Part shown: positions 50,165 to 60,332 of the stretch, piece after piece | How positions within the stretch are numbered: position 1 is the stretch's first letter | Layout of the letters: each line of letters starts with the position of its first letter | DNA from: Takakia lepidozioides | Lineage: Eukaryota; Plantae; Bryophyta | Assembly: GCA_030704615.1 (NCBI GenBank) | Contig: CM060732.1 | Coordinates: forward strand, 17,484,001 to 17,548,000 | Direction: 5' to 3' | DNA length: 64,000 bases | Program-made: the position numbers and the translations under genes | Notes under the pieces: model-generated | What the model saw: the letters and a program-made list of their open reading frames with translations, nothing else | Databases searched by the model: none | What the model was told of the DNA's origin: nothing

Positions 50165-51070
50165 GACACTGACTCCAGCACCGAACACTACTGTGTCCAT
50201 CAGATTTTTAACCACATTTGAGATTCCTAAAAAATCTTTTTAATTTCCATTGCCCTCGGGTTTTCATCCATTTCCACATTTCATCCATTCGTTGCACTAT
50301 TATGGCATTGCTCCTTGGTTGAAAGGAGTTCAGTGTTCGACACCGAACACTACATTTGTTTCCATCCACATTTGAGATGCAGAAATACCTCCAGATTTCT
50401 TTTTTTCCCTTGGGTTTTCATCCTTTTCCACATTTCATCCGTTCTATGCAAGAGAGTGTTTGGCGTTGCCCCTTGGTTGACAGGAGGTCAATGTTTGGCA
50501 CCGAACACTACTGTCGCCCTCAGATTTCCATCCACATTTGAGAGGCAAAAATACCTCCAGATTTCCATTTTCCCTTGGGTTTTCATCATTTTCCACATTT
50601 CATCCATTCTATGCAAGAGAGTGTTTTGGTGTTGCCCCTTGGTTGACAGGAGGTCAGTGTTCGACACTGAACACTACTGTCGCCCTCAGATTTCCATCCA
50701 CATTTGAGATGCAGAAATACCTCCAGATTTTTTTTCCCTTGGGTTTTCATCTTTTTTCACATTTCATCCATTCTATGCACTCTTGTGTTTTGGCGTTGCC
50801 CCTTGGTTGACAGGAGTTCAGTGTTTGACACCGAATAGTGTTGTTGCCCTCAGATTTCCATCCACGTTTGAGATCCAGGAATACCTCCAGATTTTCTTTC
50901 TTCTGTAATTGCGTTGCTCCTTGGTTGCTAGGAGTTCAGTGTTCGACACCGAACACAACTGTTGCCCTCAGAAGAAATTCACATTTGATATTTCAGAATT
51001 ACCTCCAGATTTCCATTCTCCTCCTGTTTTCATCCATTTCCACATTTCATCTTGAGATTTCAGAAATTCC
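50165..51070. repeat. Tandem array of a ~160-bp unit (5-6 copies) containing the dyad GTGTTCG-ACAC-CGAACAC
   Basis: Recurring CAGTGTTCGACACCGAACACTAC..CTCAGATTTCCATCCACATTTGAGA..AATACCTCCAGATTT at ~50331, 50490, 50655, 50819 and 50937. Confidence 0.93.
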
Positions 51071-51814
51071 GGCAGATTTTTATTTCGGCGTTTGACGTTG
51101 AACACTGCCGCCGGCACTTCGCTCCGGGAGCTGCGGTGCTGTTTTCTGTTGCCGAAAAGCGGTTGGAACAGTTGGTAACTCCTGGAGCGGCCATGTCGTC
51201 ATACTTTTACGCGGCCATTTTGAGAGGCGTGATTGGCCAATTCATCCTCTGTCATTTCCTTTAGAAGTCTATTTGGAACTTACTTAATTTCATATTCATC
51301 AAGGCAGTTTGTGTCATTTTGGGCCTTTTCGGAATGGTTTCAAATTGGACCTTCCACATCTTTATTCCATATTGTTTGCAGCTGGAGTTCGTCTTTCCTT
51401 ATATATCCAAACAGGCTCATAGGTTTCATACTCGCAGGATGTGGTTGGGGCTCACAATGGGAGTGGTTGGGAATATTCTTTAGATCTGATGGGTTCCATT
51501 ACACCTAAAGATTATCTCGAATCGCTCAACCATTGTGGACCATCCCCTGATCCTTGTTTTTGTTTATCTCTCAAATTTTCTGCCTCTTTCACAACAACCT
51601 GGCGCTGTTCGACGTCGAACAGTGGTGCGGTTCCGCCACTGGACCTTGATTCGAGAATTCCGGGATAAGAAAATTTGGTTCGGCACAGGCTCGGTGCAGG
51701 TTCAGAGTTGTGTTCGACGAGGAATATTCCTCTAAATGCCAGATAATGCCGTGTTCGGCGGTATCTGCTCATGGAATTTTGGGTCTCTGCTCATGAAAAA
51801 ACTCAACCTCAAAT

Positions 51815-52190
51815 TTGACAAACTGTCCGACCCCACATTCGACCTTTGGATGAACCGCATGACATGGTGGTTTTCAGGTACTTTCCAGGCTTGTTTTGGT
51901 GCTTCTCCTCTTGTATCAGGTACATTTCCGATATTCCTCAAGAATGCTGTCTGATGGAGACTATCCGCAGGTCACCACAAATGCGTAAGAGCAGCTAGAG
52001 ACCCAAGCAAATCAATTCAAGCTAGAGATTGCGGCAGAAGCAGAGAGCCTCAGCGACTATGTCACGAGGTATTTTCTGCTATTCAGAACTGACCTATTCT
52101 ATCGACAGATGCCGCATGCATGGAGGAGCCACGAGTTCACCGACCAGCCGAACGCGGACAAAGCGGCAATGCGCCTTCTCTACAAGTAAA
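51815..52190 (+). pseudogene. Internal fragment (exon-intron-exon) of a second copy of the ParB-like gene
   Basis: Collinear nucleotide similarity to 58423-58795, e.g. GAGCCACGAGTTCACCGACCAGCCGAACGCGGACAAA is identical. Confidence 0.9.
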
Positions 52191-53166
52191 CCCGCAAATT
52201 TTTGGTGTTGTTTTTTTGTTTTATGGCCATTCTAGTTTTGGGGCCCATAAATGTCTAAGGCAACCCCCAGGCTAACAACATCAATAGAAACTGTTAGGGT
52301 TTGAATTGACCTTTCCACTTCCTTAATTCTGGAGTTCCTTAGATCTGTTCTCTCTTGTCAAATATGTCAAGTTATTTTACCACTAGTGTGAAACTAGCTA
52401 GGAAATAGCTAGCTTTTACATATTGACATCTGGGATTGGCCCAAGTGTCAATCCAGGGGTCAAGGCAGATTTAGGCCCTAGAGTGGTTATCTTCACGGCA
52501 AGCGCGAGAGGCTCATCTTTCTCGAGTTGAGCCTCACCGCGTCTAGCTATGGCGCCGTAGTGTGGATTCCCCATGGCGTGGGGTGCACTTGGCTTGACTT
52601 GTATTTGAGTGATGAGTTTATATATGCATGAGTTTATGCTTCAGCTTTGTGAGCTCGCATGAGCTTGTGCTTGTATTCTTCTTCTTTATCACTCAAGAAA
52701 GATCGGCTCATATCTGTTAGTGCCAGATACGAGTTAGTTGTAGCACTTGTGGTTTTTGCTTGAGAATGAGATAAATAGGTTTGGATGCGAGGAGCATCAT
52801 CAAGTTCGTGGTTGTTAGGAGCGGAGGCAATGTGGGTTACGAGGTGGTAGACCTTGGCATTCAATCTTCAGCTTCAAAGATGAAAGCACCATGTTGCAGG
52901 TAATTCCAGACACCTTGATGGTTTCAGATTGTGTACATGCATGAGCAAGCACGATTGGGAAGAGGATCAGTCAAGAGCGGGTTATAGTGGCTTTGGTGGC
53001 AAAGCTGAGAACTGGCCTTGGGAATGCGAGCTTTCATTGTGTGAAGGATTGCAAGACCAAGCTAAAGGGCTGATTTGGCTTGGGGGGTGCTATTCTGTGA
53101 GCCCAGAGGCGTGAGCCTCTGAGCCCAGGAAACCGTGAGCCCAGGACAGGCTCACGCCACGTCAAC

Positions 53167-53472
53167 GTGCATACAGGGCCTATTTCCGCGGGTGTCACCT
53201 ATTACCGCGGGTTGATCAACCATTTCCAGGGAATGCAGACTAGATGTGTTACATCCATTGTATCCGTCCTTTCTATTCATTGCATCCATGTAGACGTTAT
53301 CAACATACCAAGCCTCTACATTGGAATGTGCCTACGTCGTGAGCAGGTGCACACTCACATCATCCAAAGTGGATCCCTGCGAAATCTTTTCTTACTCACC
53401 ACCCTTGCGAACATGTCAGGTATGTGCGGGAGCATCATGGATGCTCACCAGAAGTGAGAATGCCTGAACGCT
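53167..53472 (+). pseudogene. PLS-class PPR gene remnant truncated by an LTR insertion
   Basis: ..VSVL..EQVHTHIIQSGSLRNLFLLTTLANMSGMCGSIMDAH../MPER resembles the L/S repeat consensus G++IHxxIIKSG..D.F+xTxL++MYxKCGS+xDA..VFDxMPER. Confidence 0.7.
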
Positions 53473-54396
53473 TGTTAGAGGGCTGTCTGGGACTTAGACA
53501 CTTTTATGGGCTCTGTGGGGTACCCTTAATTTTTGCGCAGACTTACAGATGGTAGACTTAGACCAACAGAGGCCTTAGGGGTGACAGCACAGGCTTTGGG
53601 TGTGGTAGACAGTCGTACACAGCCTATCATAGTCTATCACGGCCATACACAGCCTTACACAGCCCGACACAGCCTTACACAGTCTGTCACAGTCAATCAC
53701 AGCCTATCACAGCTTGACACAGCTTCGCACAGCCAGTCACAGCACAACATAGCCCGACACAGCTTGGCACAGGCCGTCACAGCGTACATAGGGAACGGTT
53801 ATCATTGATAAGGAATGACTATGTGGGAACGACATCTGCAGAGGGAACGTGTTACTTCTTGGGGTGACGGTTAGTTAGTTAGGCGGTTAGAACAGCTTGC
53901 ATATAGATGAGGCAGAGCAGCAACGGGGGGGGGAGTTCTTGGTCATGAGTGGAGGAGATGAAGTGGAACGGAACCAAGGATGGAGAACACGGCAGATGAT
54001 TGGATCGATGCTTGATTCATGCAAGCTGTAGAGTCGTACTGTAGAACAGATTAGAGACACTATGGCTACGGCCTGATACTAAACAGAGATTAATATGATA
54101 CACATTCCTTACCCACACCGTGTAGAGAGAACTGAGTGAAGCTGTGGAATGAATGGTTGAGCAATCGGAACCTGGTAGATTGCTGAAGTAAACTGTTTTT
54201 CAAATATAAACAGTAAGGTAATATGCTGATATGAAGGCAAGAAGGAATACAAACAAGAAGCACTACCATGATACACCAGATGTAGGTCATGACTGATTGT
54301 TCTGAGCGGGCTGAGTGCTTAGAGATATCCAACTCTTCTATTTTGGAGTTCCCTCCTCGGATAGCGAAGGGATGGGTGAGTAAAAGCCGCTCGACA
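53473..54396 (+). mobile_element. Complete 5' LTR (924 bp, TG...CA) of gypsy family A
   Basis: Starts TGTTAGAGG, ends CCGCTCGACA; homologous to the LTR at 59378-60296; followed by a PBS. Confidence 0.95.
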
Positions 54397-56795
54397 TTTG
54401 GCGACCATACTGGGGAACTAAGTCAAGAACAACCAGATGTGACAGGCATCTGGTGGGATCATGGTGGTTGGAGAATTAAAGAATTTGATGTGAATCAAAT
54501 TCCCTATGGAACTGAGAAAGAAAGGTTGTCCAAGCAATTCCTTAAGAGATTCTTGGAATTGCCAGACGGTTGCAAATAAAACATTCTTAAGAGAGTGCAT
54601 GATGCTGATCCTGAGTGGGGTCTGGAGAAAGGAGTGATAAGGATTTATCAGGTGGCCTGTAGAGGGAGAGCAAGTTGGTTACCAACACTGGTTTATGTGA
54701 TAGCGTTGCTATCCATTAAACGAGTGGAATTTGAAGGCTGGGAGGAACGGAAAGTGAATGTTTACACTCATATGCATGAAGAACTTGTATTGGTAAAGAA
54801 TTGGATTCCCAAGGATATCTTGTGGATCAAACTTACACCAAGAACAACTTTCCAAACGTGTTTGCCATATGGTTATATGGTAACAGAGACTTCTAGTATA
54901 GCCAAGTGTGCATTGAAGTTGAAAGAAACCCAGGCATATACGAGAGATACTACAGGAGAGAGTTTTGGTTATTGCCTCATTGAAGATATGAAAGACATGG
55001 GACATGAGTGATGAAAGAGAAGCTAGACTTCACAGATATTCAGCAAAAAGAGAGAGTTATTTGAAAGCTAATTATCCATATCTTTGGGAGAGAGGAATAG
55101 ACATAGGAGAATCATCTGGACCTCTCACACCATTAAGGTCAAAGAGTACATCACCCATACCGGAGGAACTAGAGTTGGATGCCACTCCTTCTTATTCTTT
55201 ACAAGAAAGATTAAGGGATCTGGTACAGGAAGAGGATCAGCCACGAGGAGAGAACTCCAGTTTCTGAAGCAAAAGACAAAGAAGGAGAGGAAGATGTGGC
55301 AAAGCCAACGGAGAGTTCAGACTCTCCAACACCATTGCAATTGAGTTACATGAGTGAAAAAGAGGAAAACCAAGAGAAGAACTTGGAAGATGAAAACAGA
55401 GAGAAGAATTTGGAAGATGAAGAGTACGAAGAAGTAGACCCAACAGTTGAGGTTGAGACTACAACCAGGACATCCCAACCTGTTGGACCTGGATCAAGTG
55501 GAGCACTTGGATCACATGCCAACGAAGGTGTCGGCTCAGGGGGATCAGGCGGGCAGCTTGGATCTAGCCGTGGGGGGACAGGGAGTGTGGGAAGTAGTGC
55601 AATTGGAGCTGGGGATACTGAGAATACAGTGGGGCCGGTAGCAGGGAGTGCTCAGGGGCCAGCATCTAGTGGAAGATCCACCACAACAGGTCCTCAAGGA
55701 CCAGCACAAACATGAGGACCAGCACCTGTCAGTGGGCAGGGTGTGGGGCCACAGATGGCAGTACCTCCAACACGGGCAAAACCACCTTTTCCAATATACG
55801 CAGGGAAAGGAGATCCTGATGTACACATTAGCCAATTTGAGAACATGTGTATTGTGAACAATGAGAATGGCGATGATGCCAAGATGAGACTATTTCCTTG
55901 TTCACTTATCAAGAAAGCAAGTGAATGGTATGCAAGATTTCCAGATAATCATTTCCTAACTTGGAATGGCCTTAGTACGGCATTCCGGAACAGGTTCAGG
56001 ACAAGCAAAACTGAGGATGAAGTGTATGGAAGTTTACAACAGTTAAGGCAAAAGAAGCATGAAATTGTTGAGGAGTACATGGAAAAGATGGAGTTAATGA
56101 TGAAAAAGCTGGTTGCTGTACCAGCGCCAAGGTTACAGAAGACCTCGTTTGTAAGTGGACTAAGACCAGAGTTGCAAAAGAAAGTGGATATGTTACCCCA
56201 TAATACAGTGGAGGAGTCATTTGAAACAGCCAACATGATTGAGCAATTGGGAATGCTCAGAAGAGATAAAAGGGATGATGAGGACTTTGAGGATGAGTCA
56301 GATGAGGAAGAAGAGTAAGAGCTCAAAAGGAAGAGTAAGAAAAAGGAGAAGTTGAAGAGGGAAAACTATGAGAAAAGACTAGAGGAGATCTTGAAGAAGT
56401 ATGCCACAGAGGCTGCAACGCATTGGAGGAACGGTGTTTGGTGTGCAAAATGCCAGAATGAAGGCCATACCACAGCTGAATGCCACATGAAGGAGAAACA
56501 CTGTACTATCTGTAAAATGGATAACCATTCTACAGAGAATTGTTATTACAACAAAAGGACAGCTGCAAGAGAACCTAGGCAAGTAAGGGTGCATCAAGTG
56601 CAGCCCCAGCCAAGAAGGAACAATGATCAGGACCACTATGGAAGGCTTGGTGGTTATAACAATGGTATGGCGGGGAGAGGTAATCCAAGAGGGAATTACC
56701 AAGGCAATCCCAGAGGCAACTATCAGGGTAATCCAAGGGGGAATTACCAGCCAGGGAATCAGGATTATAGAAAACAGCCCCCACAATTACCCATA
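54289..56795 (+). pseudogene. Family-A gag with long N-terminal extension, capsid domain, two zinc knuckles and GNPRGNYQ repeats; stops and frameshifts, truncated before the protease
   Basis: RAKPPFPIYAGKGDPDVHISQF..RLFPCSL..WNGLSTAFRNRF..FVSGLRPEL; CAKCQNEGHTTAEC; CTICKMDNHSTENC. Confidence 0.9.
54399..54416 (+). promoter_or_regulatory. Primer binding site TGGCGACCATACTGGGGA (tRNA-Arg-like, as in non-chromovirus gypsy lineages)
   Basis: TGG start 2 nt after the LTR end; identical copy at 20128-20145. The tRNA assignment is from memory and imperfect. Confidence 0.8.
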
Positions 56796-58792
56796 CGGTG
56801 GAGACTAGAGGAGGGGAAAGAACACCACAAAGAGCACGGATTGTGCAAGTTCGAGGTGAAGCCGGGGAGAGTGCTCGAGGTGGTTCCGGCGGTGGTTGAC
56901 CATGTTGAGGACGACGAGAGGGAGCTTTCTGACCAGGATGACATCCTCCCGGACATCCCCAAGCCCCAAACCCGGAGCATACAGGCTGGATTTGGCGGTC
57001 CGGGTGGGCTGCCGGAGAACCCCCCTGCAACAGACGTCATGTCGGAGGCGGATATGAAGTTGGCCGCTGCCAAGATGTTGGAGGCAACCCACAGCAACAT
57101 TGGCAGGGTCCTGGGGGGCATGGTGTACCCAGCCAAGCTTCAGATTCCCCTTTGCCGCTTGGTTTCATTGCAAGTGGTCAGACCTGCCCTCCCAGGCGAT
57201 ATCGACAAGCTGAAAATCTCTTTCCGGGAGGGATATCGAATGGGGTCTGCCGCGTTTTACGTTTCCATGGAGAACGACCATGGAGCTTCTCGTGCCCACA
57301 CTTCCGATGAGGTGGACAAATGGGGTCCCCATTGGCAAAGGCAAAATGAGGAGTTCGAGAGATTGATTGCTACTGATCCTCTTTTCCAGCACTTGTCCGG
57401 AAAGATGTTTTACGTGTGGGACGGCAATCATCGCCTCCTAGCATGGATGGAGTACATAGCCCAAGCCCACCCTAACGACCTGGATTGGCATTTCGCCGTG
57501 GAGTGTGTTGTGCTCAAGGTTGCGGGGCCCAAAGATCGCAGTCTTCTCAAAGCGGCAATGGCAAACATCAACTCGTAAGTTACAATGCTTCTTGCTTTGG
57601 AACTTTGAATTTGAAACAGTCATTTCATTGCCAATCGTCATATTTGTTGCAAATTCTCATTTCTGTATTGTTTAATGGAAATGTGGCATTGCAGGGTGAC
57701 TGAGAATGCCTTCATTGCCACCAACTTGTCCCATATGCTCTTCCGAGTGAAGGATGTCGGGAAGCAGGGGGTGCAAGAGTTTGCCAATTCGCTCAGTGCC
57801 GACCTCCTGCGCAAGTCGGAGGCAAAGGCAGACAGAACCTGGTATAGGCTGAGCATGGACGCCATGGTGGACTACATATTTCGGGTAAAGCTCCTGACTG
57901 TTTTGTTGAGCTAATCTGTCTCTCCTCCCCCAATAGAAGAAAAAGTGTTGAGCAGGATCTCTAATCTTATGTGCACATTCTTGACAGACGAAAATTCAGC
58001 AGGATTTGGCACATGCGCGGAGGTTCTACATGGAGTCAGAGGAGAAGAAACTAACCCTCCCGGCACTGGAATCGTATCTCAAAGCTGCGGAGGCGAAGGC
58101 CCGCATCAAGTACAAGTCGCGGATGGTAAAGTATGTGGCCATAGCTGATCCCGCCCTTGGTGCCGATTTTCTGGTGGAGGTGGGGAAGCACTACTCCCGC
58201 GCTCTAAAGCCCACGATGACATTGAGAAGCTGCATTGTCTAGCCACATCTTGTGTGGATGCAACAGAAAAGGTTATACATTCTTAACCAAATTGTCGTGG
58301 CAACAATTCGTTTTTGTGGTGTTTGGCGCTTACTAATATGCTGGGTGGTTGGACAGACCCGGTGGCTCCAAATCTAGAATGGTTCCCAAAGTACAAGGGA
58401 CATGTGGAGCTTCCCCAAACCTGACAAACTGTCCGACCCCACATTCGACATGTGGATGAACTGCATGACATGGTGGTTTCAGGTACTTCCCCACGCTTCA
58501 TTTGGGGCGTCTACTCTTGTATCGGATGGATTTATTGTATTTTTTGAGGAAAGCGGTCTGATGGAGAATCTCCACAGGTGACGACGAATGCGCAAGAGCA
58601 GCTTGACACACAAGCACATCAGTTCAAGCTGGAGATTTCTGGTGAAGCTGAGAGCCTACGCAACTATGTGACGAGGTACTTTCTGCTCTACAAAACCGAC
58701 CTATTCTTTCGAGAGATACCCCATGCCCGCGGGAGCCACGAGTTCACCGACCAGCCGAACGCGGACAAAACGGCAATGCGCCTTCTGTACAG
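56795..58792 (+). pseudogene. Spliced ParB/Sulfiredoxin-like domain gene, 5'-truncated. Exons ~56795-57574, 57695-57884, 57988-~58271, ~58337-58482, 58578-58792
   Basis: IPLCRLVSLQVVRPAL..DIDKLKISFREGY..MFYVWDGNHRLLAW contains the DGxHR ParB/Srx signature. The first two introns are GT-AG and keep the frame. In-frame stops at ~58240 and ~58422. Confidence 0.78.
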
Positions 58793-58880
58793 GTACATAC
58801 GTTGTGCCTTTCTTTTTAGTCCTAACATTTCCAGGATGTAAGAGGCCCTATGTGGCGCATGAAAATTAGTTGTGGTCCTA

Positions 58881-59377
58881 GGAAAAATGGCGCCGAATTT
58901 CCGAATTCGGGCCCTAGGGGATGGCTGTCTAGGGGGTGCCTGGCACTCAGTCCAGATATTTGGCGCCATTTTTCCAATTGCAGGCCCAGTCAGATCTGGG
59001 ACGTAGCCATTCTCGGCCCCAACCTGGGAAAATGGCGCCGAATTTCCAGTTGAGGGCCCCGAAAATGGCTAGGTCCCTGGGGTGGCTGGCACCGAATCCG
59101 GAAATTCGGTGCCATTTTTCCAGATCAAGGCAAAGTCAGCTCTGGGACTTGGCCATTTTTGGGCCCAACCTGGGAAAATGGCGCCGAATTTCCAGTGCAG
59201 GGCCCCAAAAATGGCTAAGTCCCAGAGCTGGCAGGCACCGAAACAGGAAATTCGGCGCCATTTTTCCAGTTCCGGGCCCAGTGAGTTCTGGGACTTAGGC
59301 ATATTTGGCCCCAACCTGGGAAAATGGCGCCGGTTTTCCAGTGCAGGGCCCCAAAAATGGCTAAGTCCCTACAGTGG
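58881..59377. repeat. Tandem array of a ~146-bp internally palindromic unit (~3.4 copies), cut by the LTR
   Basis: Each unit has GGAAAATGGCGCCGAATTTCC and its inverse GGAAATTCGGCGCCATTTTTCC. Confidence 0.93.
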
Positions 59378-60296
59378 TGTCGCGCGGCTTTTACTCACCC
59401 ATCCCTTCGCTATCCGAGGCGGAAACTCCAAGATAGAAGAGTTGGAAATCTGTAAGTACTCAACCCGCTCAGAACAATCAGTCATGACCTACAGCTAGTG
59501 TATCATGGGGGTGTTTCCTATTTGTTTTCCTTTCCGCATTCATGTTAGCTACCTTACTATTGATAATTAAGTATCAGTTTGCTTCATCAATCTATCGGAT
59601 TCCATCAACTCATCCATTCATTCCACAGCTTCACTCAGATCTCTCTGCACAGTGTGATTGTATCGTATAAGTATCAAATTATGATTTATCAGGTATCAGG
59701 CCGAAGCCATTGTGTCTCTAATCTGTTCTACAATATCACTACAGCTTTGCATATAACAAACATCTACTAATCATCTCTCCTCCTTCACCGTGCTCTCCAT
59801 CTTTGCTTCCGTTCTTGCTCTCCGCCCGATCCCCTCTCATGCATGACCAAGAAGTGCCCCCCGTGAAGTGCTTGCTCCTCGTTTTATCTTCCTACCCGTT
59901 GTTCTAACCGCTTCCCTCACTAACCGTCGTCCGTGAACTAACATGTTCCCTTCGCAGATGTTGTTCCCCACAGTCGTTCCCTGTCCTGCTATCCTTTCCC
60001 TATGGTCGTGACAGCTGTGTCAAGCTGTGACTGGCTGTGTGAAACTGTGACGGGTTGTGACCGGCTGTGTCGGGCTGTGACTGGCTGTGCGACTGTGTTT
60101 GGCTGTGTCGGGCTGTGACTGGCTGTGTGGCTGTGTCGGCTGTGATGGGCTGTGTTGGCTGTGACGGGTTGTGTAACCCCCTTCTAAAGTGCGCTGCTGT
60201 CACCCCTAAGGCTCCTGTTGGTCTCAGTCTGTGCAAAAATTAAGGGTACCCTACAGATCCCGTATAAGTGTCTAAGTCCCAGACAGTCCTCTAACA
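59378..60296 (-). mobile_element. Complete 3' LTR (919 bp) of a minus-strand family-A element, preceded by a polypurine tract at ~60300-60311
   Basis: Minus strand reads GAGAGGGAAGGG-TAA-TGTTAGAGG...AAAAGCCGCGCGACA; homologous to 53473-54396. Confidence 0.95.
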
Positions 60297-60332
60297 TTAC
60301 CCTTCCCTCTCAAAAAGCCGTGTCCTCACGGT

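Noticed and set aside
56795-58792. Bacterial contamination or recent HGT of a parB gene
   Set aside because: The gene has frame-preserving GT-AG introns and is embedded among plant TEs.
53473-60296. Single element with inverted LTRs (DIRS-like)
   Set aside because: The left LTR has a PBS and gag on its inner side, while the right LTR has its PPT and ORF on its outer side. There is no tyrosine recombinase. These are two separate gypsy insertions.
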